63,782 nt of DNA, filler included, from Octopus bimaculoides (GCF_001194135.2; 7 parts of 6 records of this genome joined end to end with filler, not necessarily neighbours in it); one strand, 5' to 3'. Shown: positions 40,184 through 52,749, counted from the first letter of the whole stretch. Numbers and translations: made by a program. The notes: generated by a model from the letters alone, not told the origin.

Positions 40184-40520
40184 TACTCTTTTACTTGTTT
40201 CAGTCATTTGACTGCGGCCATGCTGGAGCACCGCCTTTAGTTGAGCAAATCGACCCCAGGACTTATTCTTTGTAAGCCTAGTACTTATTCTATTGGGCTC
40301 TTTTTGCCGAACCGCTAAATTACGGGGACGTAAACACACCAGCATAGGTTGTCAAGCGATGCTAGGGGGACAAACACAGACACACAAACATATACGCGCA
40401 TACATATAGTATAGAGACTATAGCAGAAGACACTTGTATAAGGTGCCAAGCAGTGGGACTGAACCCGGAACCATGTGGTTGGTAAACAATCTACTTACCA
40501 CACAGCCACTCCTGCACCTA
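40184..40520 (-). mobile_element. SINE family A (CORE-like), with internal deletion
   Basis: Reverse complement of the head AGGAGTGGCTGTGTGGTAAGTAG..GGTTCCGGGTTCAGTCCCACTG and of the family A tail. Confidence 0.9.
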
Positions 40521-41259
40521 TGAGCTAATGAGACATTTTCAGCGTATATGAGTGCGTGTGTGTGTGTGTGTGTGTGTTTATCTGTGCGTGTATGATTATG
40601 TGCTTGTATGTGTGCGCGTGTCCGTACAAGTTAACGTATATGCGTATGTGCATGTGTACCCGTGTTTGTGTGTGGATATTAGTGTGTGAGCGTGGGTGTG
40701 GGTGTGTGTCAGCATGCTTGAGTGCATGTGTCTGTCCGCACCAGTGAATGCATGTACATATGTGTATGTGTATGTGTTTGCGTGTACGCGTGATTGTGCG
40801 AGAACGTGGTGCATGAATGCAGCATTGTATACATGTGTGTGTGTGTGTGTGTGTGTGTCTGCAGAAATGAATGTAGATGTGTATATGCTTGTGTATGTGT
40901 CTCTGTATGTGACTTTGTGTATGTGTGTGCGTGTATATACGTGGTTGCGTGCGAGTGTGTACATGTGAACGTGTGCGTAAGTGTGTGTGTCTGTGTGTTT
41001 GTGCCTGTGTGTGTGTGTGTGTGTGTGTGTGTATGCGTGTATGTGCCTAAGTGTGTGTGCGTATCTGTCTGTGTCTGTGTTAGTGTGTGTATGCGTGCGT
41101 GTGTGTATGCCGTACATCACATTGCAGCAGTCGAAAGTGCAGTCTGCAAGAGTACACCTGACATCGGGTAGAGAAGAAATAATGTGGAATACAGAAGCTG
41201 GGTAGGTGAAGTATGGGGGCGGAGCGCGCACACAGAGAGAAAGAGAGAGGGAGAGAGAC

Positions 41260-41301
<42 letters not shown>

Positions 41302-41487
41302 GCTGAACGATAGTTAACTGGAAAGATATAGTGTAAGATCGGGTACAAATATACGTGCCTATGTACATACGTACATAAATATATGTATACATATATACAT
41401 ACACAAATATATATTCACACACAGCCACATATATACCCATCCATACATAGATACCTACATACATACATTCATACACATACACACACG

Positions 41488-41551
<64 letters not shown>

Positions 41552-41788
41552 TACTTGTATAAATATGTATGTATATGCAAATATATTTATATATGTGTGT
41601 ATGTGTACGTTTGTGTTGTATATCAGCGTTTATGTATTCATATTAAGATTATATCATAATCCATACATTTCTTTATCTTGTACCACACAAAGAGGAAAAA
41701 AAAACTCGATCTTGTCACGAGACTTGTCTACACAACAACAACAACAGCAACACGGCACCAGTGGTCTCATGTAAATATATATGCAGTT

Positions 41789-41823
<35 letters not shown>

Positions 41824-42428
41824 TATCTTCGAAACGTCTAGATAGAATAGAGACAGCTGATGAAGGGATATTCCAAGTGGCTTTCCGTTTTCCTATGTGT
41901 TCGTTCCGTTGTCTGTAGTTTATTGTTCTAACGTCCTGTACCCTGATATGCATATATATACACATGTAGATGTAAGTATGTACATATATGTGTGTATACA
42001 TGTATATATATTCCTTNNNNNNNNNNNNNNNNNNNNNNNNNNNNNNNNNNNNNNNNNNNNNNNNNNNNNNNNNNNNNNNNNNNNNNNNNNNNNNNNNNNN
42101 NNNNNNNNNNNNNNNNNNNNNNNNNNNNNNNNNNNNNNNNNNNNNNNNNNNNNNNNNNNNNNNNNNNNNNNNNNNNNNNNNNNNNNNNNNNNNNNNNNNN
42201 NNNNNNNNNNNNNNNNNNNNNNNNNNNNNNNNNNNNNNNNNNNNNNNNNNNNNNNNNNNNNNNNNNNNNNNNNNNNNNNNNNNNNNNNNNNNNNNNNNNN
42301 NNNNNNNNNNNNNNNNNNNNNNNNNNNNNNNNNNNNNNNNNNNNNNNNNNNNNNNNNNNNNNNNNNNNNNNNNNNNNNNNNNNNNNNNNNNNNNNNNNNN
42401 NNNNNNNNNNNNNNNNNNNNNNNNNNNN

Positions 42429-42478
<50 letters not shown>

Positions 42479-42744
42479 CGCAAAACGCCGCGATAGAAAA
42501 AATTTAAAGAATGGAAACCCTAGAAAGACGAGAGTGAATTTGAAGTCTTCTACCACAGCAACATGATAATAATAACATACGCCCCTCACTTCCGACCCCC
42601 CGCTTTCCCTGAGCTTTCAGTTATATTCCAACATCTCTTAACTTTCACTTGCTCTAGGGCGCTGGGTGTGTCCCGGCAAGTGACAGCTTTGAATGTAATA
42701 ATAATAATTATTATTATTATAATAATAATAGTAATAATCCTTTC

Positions 42745-43178
42745 TGGTATAAGCATAAGACGTGAAATTTTGGGGGACGAGACTAGTCGATTACATCGAC
42801 CCCAGTGCTCAACGGTACTTATTTTATCGATCCAGAAAAGATGACTGGTACTCGACGGAATTTGAACTCAGAACGTACAAACGGACGAAATGCCTCTAAG
42901 CATTTCGCCCGGCCTACTAACTATTCTGCTGCTGTAATAATAATAATAACGATAATAATAATAATAATAACAATAATAATAACCTTTCTGCTGGAAACAC
43001 AAGGCCTCAAATTTTGGGGAAGGAATTAGGTCGATTACATCGACCCCATTGCGAAAATGGTCCTTATTTAATGGACCCCGAAAGGTTGAAATGCAAAGTC
43101 GACCTCAGCGGAATTTGAACTCAGATCGTAGCGGCAGCGTTTCGCCCGGCGTGCTAACGATTCTGCCAGCTCATCGCC
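42745..43178 (-). mobile_element. Two tandem SINE family B copies (42745-42932, 42992-43178) separated by (AAT)n
   Basis: Both carry GTCGATTACATCGACCCC, GGAATTTGAACTCAGA and TTTCGCCCGGC. Confidence 0.85.
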
Positions 43179-43313
43179 TTCATTACTGATAATTATCATA
43201 ACAGCAATATGTTATCATGTACATTATTTTGTCTTGGTATAAAAGATGGACTACAGTAAATACAGTATTTACGCGTTGAAAACTATATCTTTCCACTTGT
43301 TGAGATTCTTGTC

Positions 43314-43398
43314 CATCCTGATGAGGGGGTTCGTTGCCGAGCTGAACCTTAACTCGTAATCGAACCGCGGCAGTGAACTCCCGAAATGGCTATAGATG
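43314..43398 (+). ncRNA. Type I minimal hammerhead ribozyme (predicted cleavage after AUA, 43394)
   Basis: Stem I CAUC(43314-17)/GAUG(43395-98); core CUGAUGA (43318-24); stem II GGGGGUUCGUUGCCG(43325-39)/CGGCAGUGAACUCCC(43368-82), 15 bp with 3 G-U; GAAA (43383-86); stem III A-U, U-A closed by GGCU; NUH triplet AUA (43392-94). Confidence 0.8.
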
Positions 43399-43800
43399 TG
43401 TTTGACTTGATTTTGTGGTACTCTCTTCTGCTCCTGGACTCCAACCTACCTTGGGTTTTATAAAATGAACTTTTTTGACATATCTTTATTTCAGAGGAGT
43501 AAGACAATGCTTTTTAGTCGATTGATATTTTATTTTCATTTAGATTTTTAGTCGCAAGGCACGGTTTGTGGAATTCTAAGTCGACAGACCGTTCTATGTA
43601 TTAGAATTCTTGACAGGCCGTTCTGTGTATTAGTATTTTATTTGTATATATATATTTTTTTACCTTCTGCGTTTTTTATATATGGATTCTTTATATGTTA
43701 AGGGCCATGGTAATATTTATACATGATCAAATGTATGGAAGCGTGGTGTTATACAAAGTCGTTGACTCGAATTTGATGTTTCTTCTCTAATCAATGTTAT

Positions 43801-43842
<42 letters not shown>

Positions 43843-43849
43843 GCAAAAC

Positions 43850-44042
43850 CAGAAAATTTTGAGCGCAGGGCTAAGCGGACACCATGAACACCAGCTCATG
43901 ACTGGTACTTTATTTTATTGATCCCCAAATGATGAAAAGCAAAACTGACTTCACCTCGGCAGGGTTTGAACTCAGAAAATACGAACCAGGAAGGAATAAC
44001 GCAAGGCATTTTTATTTTCGACTGTCTTACGGATTCTGCCTG
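43850..44042 (-). mobile_element. SINE family B, diverged
   Basis: GGTACTTTATTTTATTGATCCCC..GATGAAAAGCAAA..GGGTTTGAACTCAGA..GGATTCTGCC. Confidence 0.75.
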
Positions 44043-44339
44043 TAGATCTCAAATGAAATATAAGCAACAGAAGAGAAACAAATGGGAAATCTTTGCCAGC
44101 TGATAATATAATTTGTCTTCCTGGAGAAAATACTGTAATTTAGTGATGGCATAAACATTAGCGGATCGAAAAGTGTAGTTTGAAACATTGCCAAACATCA
44201 CGTCTGGGGAAATGCTAGGATGCCAAACATTTTGACATGTATTTCATTTCGTCCTTCATAGTTTCGGTTAGAAATCCTGCTGGAGTTTGCTTTTTTTTTA
44301 TGAGACAGAGGTCGAGAAAAGTACGTTATGTCTCCTTTT

Positions 44340-44398
44340 TGGTGCTGTTGTTGTTTTTGTTGGCGCTGCTGTTGCTGTTGCTGTTCTTCTTCTTCGTC

Positions 44399-44436
<38 letters not shown>

Positions 44437-44548
44437 NNNNNNNNNNNNNNNNNNNNNNNNNNNNNNNNTCTTCTTCTTCTTCTTCTTCTTCTTCTTCTTC
44501 TTCTTCTTCTTCTTCTTCTTCTTCTTCTTCTTCTTCTTCTTCTTCTTC
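44340..44548. repeat. (GTT)n / (TTC)n trinucleotide microsatellites with a gap
   Basis: Read directly; source of the poly-Q/E/K ORFs in the track. Confidence 0.95.
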
Positions 44549-46582
44549 CATATCTCCACCCTTCTCACCTTTCTCGTTCTTCATTGAGATTTTGTCTGTT
44601 TTACACAAAGGCTAACCCTACCACGTAGTGTGGTGGTGCGTATGATGTGCTGACCGAACAGGGTCGTCATTTTATGTACATACGTTTGGTGCAGGCGGAA
44701 GGGCGCAATATTTAAAGAAAAAGGTCGATCACCTTAGCTGCCACACAAGACAGCCCAAAGCCACGCTACACCACAGGGGATTTTGTGTTGGTAGGGTTGT
44801 GTTAGGGGTTTTTTTTTACACAAGTGAGCGATGGAGCATTTTTTGGCTGACAGGTGGGCGATAGTGCAATTTGGCGCGTAAAGTTTGTGAAACACTGAAT
44901 TAAACCTTCTCCAACGACAACCTATCAGCTTTCTCTATTGGTTCCTTACCGTGGCCGTGTTAGAAGCTTCATCAAATTCAACATGTATTTCACTAAATCG
45001 TTATTAATTTATAGAATGTATGTCTTTTGTGAAGATTCCACTGAGCCATAATGTTACAAGCTTTATATTTGCGATCCAATGTCGGTGTATTCGGTCTTAG
45101 CGAAGCATGTCCAATTAATATTAAGCAGTTTGAATGTGAAATGCTGTCAACTGAAACTGCACAATTACATTTGAAGGAAAAGAAATGTTCATTTCACGCC
45201 TTAATTGAATATAAGTATAAGGTAGGTTGCATCACCAGTTCACATTAGTCTTACGATAAACAACGTTGTGAACGTTGTGAAATGTGTTTCGTTTGATCGT
45301 TGTATGTCTTTTGTGTATGCAATGGAGACTTTTTCATTAGCCTTCTTCTGACATAGACTAAATTTGCACAACCAGCTTCGGATAACCGTAATAATAGGAT
45401 TCAATTTGCGCTTATGAAAACATAAGATTAATGAACTCGTTCTCAAAGTGCAAACCACAGATTCTGTCTTACGAAACGACTTTGGGGAGCTGATGCGTTT
45501 TTAGTTTTTCAAAGGCGTAATATTACCACCGCCACCACACCACCACACCACCACACTATGAAGCACCAGGTTTGCTAAAAATAGGGGTAAAAAATACTCC
45601 GTAACCACAAAAATTAACATTAGATTTTCACAGGTATGGTTGGAAAAATCTTAGTGAATAAGGATTACGTCTTACCTCTACAATATTTGCAAGAAGGAAC
45701 GCCAGTTAACATGGTATCATGGTTTCGAATTTTGCGCCAAAGACACTTGATTCTCTTCAGCCATGTCTACTCGTAACAAAGCCATATACCACTCCAGCCA
45801 ATACCTGCGTTCGTCTCAGTGCCTAAGCCGCATTAGTGACGAATTAAGTGAATGAATTTTTAAAAATATATATATATATATATATANNNNNNNNNNNNNN
45901 NNNNNNNNNNNNNNNNNNNNNNNNNNNNNNNNNNNNNNNNNNNNNNNNNNNNNNNNNNNNNNNNNNNNNNNNNNNNNNNNNNNNNNNNNNNNNNNNNNNN
46001 NNNNNNNNNNNNNNNNNNNNNNNNNNNNNNNNNNNNNNNNNNNNNNNNNNNNNNNNNNNNNNNNNNNNNNNNNNNNNNNNNNNNNNNNNNNNNNNNNNNN
46101 NNNNNNNNNNNNNNNNNNNNNNNNNNNNNNNNNNNNNNNNNNNNNNNNNNNNNNNNNNNNNNNNNNNNNNNNNNNNNNNNNNNNNNNNNNNNNNNNNNNN
46201 NNNNNNNNNNNNNNNNNNNNNNNNNNNNNNNNNNNNNNNNNNNNNNNNNNNNNNNNNNNNNNNNNNNNNNNNNNNNNNNNNNNNNNNNNNNNNNNNNNNN
46301 NNNNNNNNNNNNNNNNNNNNNNNNNNNNNNNNNNNNNNNNNNNNNNNNNNNNNNNNNNNNNNNNNNNNNNNNNNNNNNNNNNNNNNNNNNNNNNNNNNNN
46401 NNNNNNNNNNNNNNNNNNNNNNNNNNNNNNNNNNNNNNNNNNNNNNNNNNNNNNNNNNNNNNNNNNNNNNNNNNNNNNNNNNNNNNNNNNNNNNNNNNNN
46501 NNNNNNNNNNNNNNNNNNNNNNNNNNNNNNNNNNNNNNNNNNNNNNNNNNNNNNNNNNNNNNNNNNNNNNNNNNNNNNNNNN

Positions 46583-46619
<37 letters not shown>

Positions 46620-47433
46620 ACTCCAAACACACCTGTATCAGAAGTGAATAGTCTAAAGATCTTTGTGTTGCTAAACCGGACTTTTTCGGCGAGCCTTAAT
46701 GTTTTGTTTGTGTACTTGAATGACGTCAATACATACAAGCATATACGTATATAAATAAATATATATATAGGGCTTCAATGAAGCGACACATAAGCAAGAA
46801 ACATATCCAGCGAACGACTGTATTAAATATGGCTTGAATTATGTTTTAGAGCTTACCCTATTGTTAAATATAGCAAACGTGGTCGGGCCAGCTAAATATA
46901 GATTGCTACGGTGCTACTAAATATAGTAAAACAAAATACCAGTTATTGTAGCAGCAAACTTACCCTGCTACTCTATCACTAAATTTAAAGACATGAATTC
47001 ATTCGGGTTAGGGAAGAAAGAAAGAAAGGAATATAAAAAAAAGAGTTTACAAACGAACAAAAAGATAATGAAGGTTGAGAATGAATAAAAGAAGGAAGGG
47101 TGTTTTGTTTGTGTCACTATTTATAACGCTATATATTGATCGCGGGTGAATAAGAGCGCGTAAACGATGATTTTTCAAAGATATTTCGATGACAACGTAT
47201 GGCGTTTCTTAGAATAAATCACATTAAATCATGAATCAGACATTTTTTATTTTTATAACATCACGATTCAATTTTAATTGTTGCTCGCATTTTCTTTTTA
47301 TGTTCAAACAAACATGCACAAAAACAAGTCTCTCTCTCTCTCTCACACATACACACACACACGTATAAATATGTATATACATATATGCCTACATATATAT
47401 ATATTATATTTATGCATATAACATATACACACA

Positions 47434-47481
<48 letters not shown>

Positions 47482-49117
47482 NNNNNNNNNNNNNNNNNNN
47501 NNNNNNNNNNNNNNNNNNNNNNNNNTTAATTAATTAANNNNNNNNNNNNNNNNNNNNNNNNNNNNNNNNNNNNNNNNNNNNATTTTTGAAGCTAATAACA
47601 TGAAGAAAGGTGTTCGCCTCCATTTCGGAAAACACACCCTCATTGAGTTTTCGGAGATTCTCGTGAACAATGAATCAATGAATCAAGGGGCGTTACTTTA
47701 GCGTGGCATCTTTTGGATGTTTGTATTTTGGGGAAATTGCTCTGGGGTCAATTTCTTTGCATTATTTGGTTACGTTCTGAGCATGTGCTGAGTATTTATA
47801 CTTGTGTGTTGGGGCATATTTCTTCTGTGTGTGGTGTTTGTGTGCTATGTGTGGTCAGATTTCACGTTTAGAAATGAGGCTTTCCTGCTGGGATTACCGT
47901 CGCAGATGGTGGCTCTTCTTTGAAATATTTAAGTGTAAAATATTGCTTGTATATGCCAGGAGAGAAGGTCTCGTCCCTAACGTTTAGGATATTATCGGTT
48001 GATTTATAATGTTTAATTTTGCAGTAATATACAGTTCACATTTGATACCCCGTCCTCCTCATTTTGGGGCTTTAGTAATAATTTTCCATTTATCTGGGAA
48101 TTACTTATTCCACCTTCTTTCAATGTCTTTCAATATATATATATATTTTAAATTTTTCTTCTTCGTTTTTCTTTTATTGACTTTTTAATTTTATGGACTG
48201 TTTATACACATACATATTGATGATCTTCCCATCAATATATTTGGTTAAACCCAGTTGGCATCAGGATTGCTTTTAACAATCCCTTACGTGGATATTGATT
48301 CCTCAAATTCTGATTGATAATATTTCATATATGCATATATGAAATGTANNNNNNNNNNATATATGTTTATATATATGTATAATTTTATATACCACCACCA
48401 CCTAAGAATAGCACACAGGCAAATATTAAAAATGATACATTCAAACGAGATACGCAAGAATTCATTACAAACAGTCCCAATCACTGCAATAATCTACAAC
48501 GAGCCACTTTTAGGTCACTTGACCATTTAACATTCTACTGCTATCACACCACACCCGCATTCTTTTATTATTCTTTATCTTCTTCTTCTTCGTCTTCTTC
48601 CTCTCCGCCACCCCCTTCCTTATTTACTACTACTACTGCTTAGAATAACACACACGCAAATACTAAAACGAATACATTCAAAAGAGATGTCTTAAGACTT
48701 CAGTTACTACTACCATCCACAACAAGTCACTTTCAGGGCACTTGATCTATTAACATCCTATTACTTTCATACCACTCCCGCATTCTTCTTCTTCTTCTTC
48801 TTCTTCTTCTTCTTCTTCTTCTTCTTCTTCTTCTTCTTCTTCTTCTTCTCTCCCAAGAATTCACAATGACCTCGAAACCACAAGAATAAAAAAGAGAGAC
48901 AGACACAGGCAGAAACAAAGAAATTGCCCCTTGTATTTGAATACTATGCAAATATTCTTTTAAAAAACTTTTCATTTAATTTTCCCCAAATATAATTCTT
49001 TTCCATAATTAGAGTAGAAAAAGTCTCAAAGACTGAAAACAGTACTAAAATATTTTTATGATAACATTATTTTAGCATTTTCTGCCTTGACTTATTTTCC
49101 TTATATATATATATATA

Positions 49118-49570
49118 TCAGGTCATCCCATAAGATCTGTCCGAATTTTGAATGAGGAGAACAAGTGATCAAATGTTATATTTAATTGAAATCTAATTAT
49201 CAATGTACTCTCTCTGATTATCTATGATTTCCTTCTGTCTATTTACAAGCTATTTAATCCCATCAATGTAAAACACTTTTGGTTTCAAAGCGAAGAACTC
49301 TCAAATGTCAGTTTCGACCTCTTCCTAGCTTGCGAAAGTTACGTCCCCCAAATGATTCTGTAAACTACGAAACAAATGCTAGTCAGAAGGAGCAAGGTGG
49401 GGAGAATAAGGTGGATGAGGAATTTCTTCCCAACGAAGCTCTTCGATCTTCTGTGATGTGATCTTTGCAGTGTGGGGTCGGCCATTGTCCTGATGAAACA
49501 TCACTCCATTTCGATTCACTAAAGCGGGTCTTTTTTCTTCAAAGCGTGGTTAAAACGCTCTAATTGCTGA
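49118..49570 (-). mobile_element. Mariner relic: catalytic C-terminus and 3' TIR
   Basis: - strand GVMFHQDNGRPHTAKITSQKIEELRWEEIPHPPYSP (second DD34D aspartate region and YSP motif); TA|TCAGGTCATCCCATAAGATCTGTCCGAATTTT terminus at 49118. Confidence 0.85.
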
Positions 49571-49596
49571 TATTTGTAATATAATATGTGACAATT

Positions 49597-49666
49597 AGGC
49601 GTAGGAGTGACTATAGAAGTAGGAGTGGCTGTGTGGTAAGTAGCTTGCTTACTAACCACATGGTTC
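49597..49666 (+). mobile_element. SINE family A 5' head only
   Basis: AGGAGTGGCTGTGTGGTAAGTAGCTTGCTTACTAACCACATGGTTC, ending just before the B-box. Confidence 0.85.
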
Positions 49667-51023
49667 AATGAATACCAGTATTCATTGATTTAGCAAAGGC
49701 CTTTGATATTGTAAATAGAGCCTTTCTATGGAAACTACTTGGCAAACTTGGATGTCCGGATCACTTTGTATCTATAATTAAATCCTTTCCTGGTGGGATG
49801 GAGGCTTGGGTCAATGTTGCTGGTGGCATGGCGGAACCCATTTCTGTATAGAATGGTGTCAAGCAGGGCGACATCCTTGCTCCAACTCTCTTTTCTTTGT
49901 ACTTTGCTACTGCTTTTACTCATGCTTTTGCTAAGGTTAGCTCTCTGGGAATATATGTCAGATATCAATCTTCTGGCTGCCTCTTTAATCTTCGCCGATT
50001 TGCTGCCAATTCAAAGGTTCTCCAGTCTATTATTCGTGACCTCCTTTATGCAGATGACTGTGACTTAGTCACTTATACAGCGGATGACATGCAAATACTC
50101 ATGAATTGCATTTCTGCTTCTTGCAAGGCATTTGGACACAGCATTAGCCTGGACAAGACTGTTGTAATGTTCCAGCCTGTACCAGGAAATCCATATGTGA
50201 AACCAGCTATCTTGGTTGAAGGAACAATTCTGAAGGTAGTAGACATGTTTGTCTACCTGGGCAGCACACTCAGCCGTTCTTGCTCCCTGGATGAGGAAAT
50301 ATCTTTTAGGTTGCAGAGAGCAACTAATTCCTTCCGGTCTCTTCCGTCTCGTGTCTGGTCCAAGCATGGCATCGCAAGGCAAACAAAAGTTGCTGTGTAC
50401 CGTGCATGTGTACTGACATCGTTCCTCTACTCATGTGAGACATGGACCCTGTACAAACGACACATTCTCAATGTTGGCTGGACCTCAAAAATTCCAGATA
50501 TATAGGTCCTGAGGACAGCAGATATCTTGAGTATTGAGGCAATTGTGCACAAGCACAGGTTACGTTGGACTGGACACCTTATTAGAATGAAGGATAGCAG
50601 GATTCCTAAGCAGATGCTCTATGGAGAACTTGTGAATGGAAGGTGACTCCGACAGAAACCAAGGCTGCGATTTAAGGACTGTGTCAAGTCCTCATAAAAG
50701 GCCTGTGGTATGCAGGACACTAATTGAGAGAACAGTGCCTGTCATCGCAACAGATGGAGGAAGCAGGTTAAGGAGGGGATCGGCACTTTTGAGAGAGCAC
50801 GTATCCAGCATGAAGAACTTAAGCGAGCTGAGCGAAAGCGCACGGCTCGTATAGTGAATGGTGAAAGCCTGGTCTGCAATGTTTGCAGTCGTGTATGCTT
50901 GTCAAGACCAGGGCTCATTAGCCACCAACAGAGCCGCAAATGCAAAATATAAGTTAGTCCTAGAGCGCACAATGTTCCTGTAGGTCGGCATGGTCTTCCT
51001 CGGTCACGAGCGGACGGCCATCA
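49667..51023 (+). mobile_element. 5'-truncated RTE/BovB-type LINE (RT domain to 3' end), few disablements
   Basis: VFIDLAKAFD, NGVKQGDILAPTLFSLYF, LLYADD, FVYLGSTLS, YSCETW, RLRWTGH..RM.DSRIPKQMLYGEL and C-terminal CNVCSRVCLSRPGLISHQ; tail GGTCTTCCTCGGTCACGAGCGGACGGCCATCAT. Confidence 0.95.
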
Positions 51024-52333
51024 TATATGAAATATATATATATACATATATATGTGAAATATGTATATATATATATATTCTTTTTCAGGATTCGAAAGAA
51101 TTAGGTATTTAAACAGTAAAATCACCAAGGTAGAGTCGAGGATAGTGCACCTGTGTACCGACAATGTATACCGACATNNNNNNNNNNNNNNNNNNNNNNN
51201 NNNNNNNNNNNNNNNNNNNNNTTAATTAATTAANNNNNNNNNNNNNNNNNNNNNNNNNNNNNNNNNNNNNNNNNNNNTATATATATATATATATATATAT
51301 ATATCACTTAGTGTAAACAGCATAAAGCTGCCAGCTGCTAATAGTTTTCTTGCTTTGGAGCGGATTTACGCAGGTATTTATAACACACCTTGTGTCTCCA
51401 AGCAATCTTCAAGCTCTTTCTTTGTCAGAAGAATTTCTAATAGGTAATTTCCTTACACATTTCTTCGATATGTACAATTTTGTAACTTCTATTAGCAAAC
51501 GGAACATATGTAATGGTGAATAAATAATTCCAAAAATCTTTCCCAATTTTCTGTTTTAATATGTAATTATTCAGCAAAAAATATTTTCGCAGACTTTTCA
51601 ACACTTATTCTATACGTCAAAGAAATATACCATTTATATGCTACACTTAAGCACGGAATAAGCAGATGTGCTTCAAGAGGACACAGCTTGGATTTTGATG
51701 CTATTTACATAACACGCGAGCGTGTATGTGTGTTTGTATGTGTGTGTGCACATTATTATACATTTATGTGTTTATAACTGGGTTCATTTTTTAGTATATG
51801 TTTACGGCTTGAAATTTGGGGTAGCTTTTCGTGAGTGTCACTCTATATCCCAGAATTTGGCTTCGAGAATAATTATTCTCCACATATCATCTATTTTTTT
51901 TATATTTTGTATAAACAAGAACACATACACACACACATGCTTTGGTAGTGTTTGTTATAAGATGTTAGATGATATTATTTTGTTTGTGTGGGTGAGAGTA
52001 GTGCGGGCGGCAGAGAAAGAAGCATGAGGGAGATTGAGATGGCGATGAAGCTTGACAATACAAACATACAAACCATGCAGGGTGCAGCAGAATATTCCTT
52101 AAATGGCCATCAAAATATTCTAATATGGGTTGCATTATATCAACCAGCAGATAAAAATTGACTCATACGTAGCCACGATTTAGATTAGACGTGGTTTTAC
52201 ATAAATTATTTATGAATAGTTTCCACCGGACAGTACTACAGTCCAAGTGATCAACACAGTCCGTGAGTTCAATTCGTGTCGAAGTAAACGTTGTTGATTG
52301 TCAGATAGCGTGTAAGTATTCATTTAGTAGTGT

Positions 52334-52717
52334 GGAGGCGCAATGGCCCAGTGGTTAGGGCAGCGGACCCGCGGTCATAGGATCGCGGTTTCGATTCCCT
52401 GACCGGGCGTTGTGAGTGTTTATTGAGCGAAAACATCTAAAAGCACCACGAGGCTCCGGCAGGGGATGGTGGCGAACCCTGTTGTACTCTTTCACCACAA
52501 CTTTCTCTCACTCTTCCTGTTTTTGTTGTGCCTGTAATTCAAAGGGTCAGCCTTGTCACACACTGTGTCACGCTGAATATCCCCGAGAACTACGTTAAGG
52601 GTACACGTGTCTGTGGAGTGCTCAGCCACTTGCACGTTAATTTCACGAGCAGGCTGTTCCGTTGATCGGATCAACTCGAACCCTCGACGTCGTAAGTGAC
52701 GGAGTGCCAACAAAAAA
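52334..52717 (+). mobile_element. SINE family C, full length with 11-bp TSD
   Basis: tRNA-like head with A-box (TGGCCCAGTGG) and B-box-like GGTTTCGATTCCC; CAAAAAAA tail; ATTCATTTAGT at 52318-52328 and 52718-52728. Confidence 0.92.
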
Positions 52718-52749
52718 ATTCATTTAGTGTATTATTTGTTATTTTCAGA

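Noticed and set aside
43576-43632. 22-bp near-direct repeat with a short spacer (GACAGACCGTTCTATGTATTAG), CRISPR-like at a glance
   Set aside because: Only two copies with a 7-nt spacer in animal DNA with no cas genes; an ordinary local duplication, like those at 15187 and 20746.
47605-47660. - strand CTCAATGA-GGG...TCC-GAAATGG, echoing the 43.3-kb ribozyme
   Set aside because: The core has two changes and there is no NUH triplet or stem I; too degenerate to support.
52334-52410. tRNA-like sequence as a tRNA gene
   Set aside because: It is the head of a SINE with body, tail and TSD; no complete acceptor stem.
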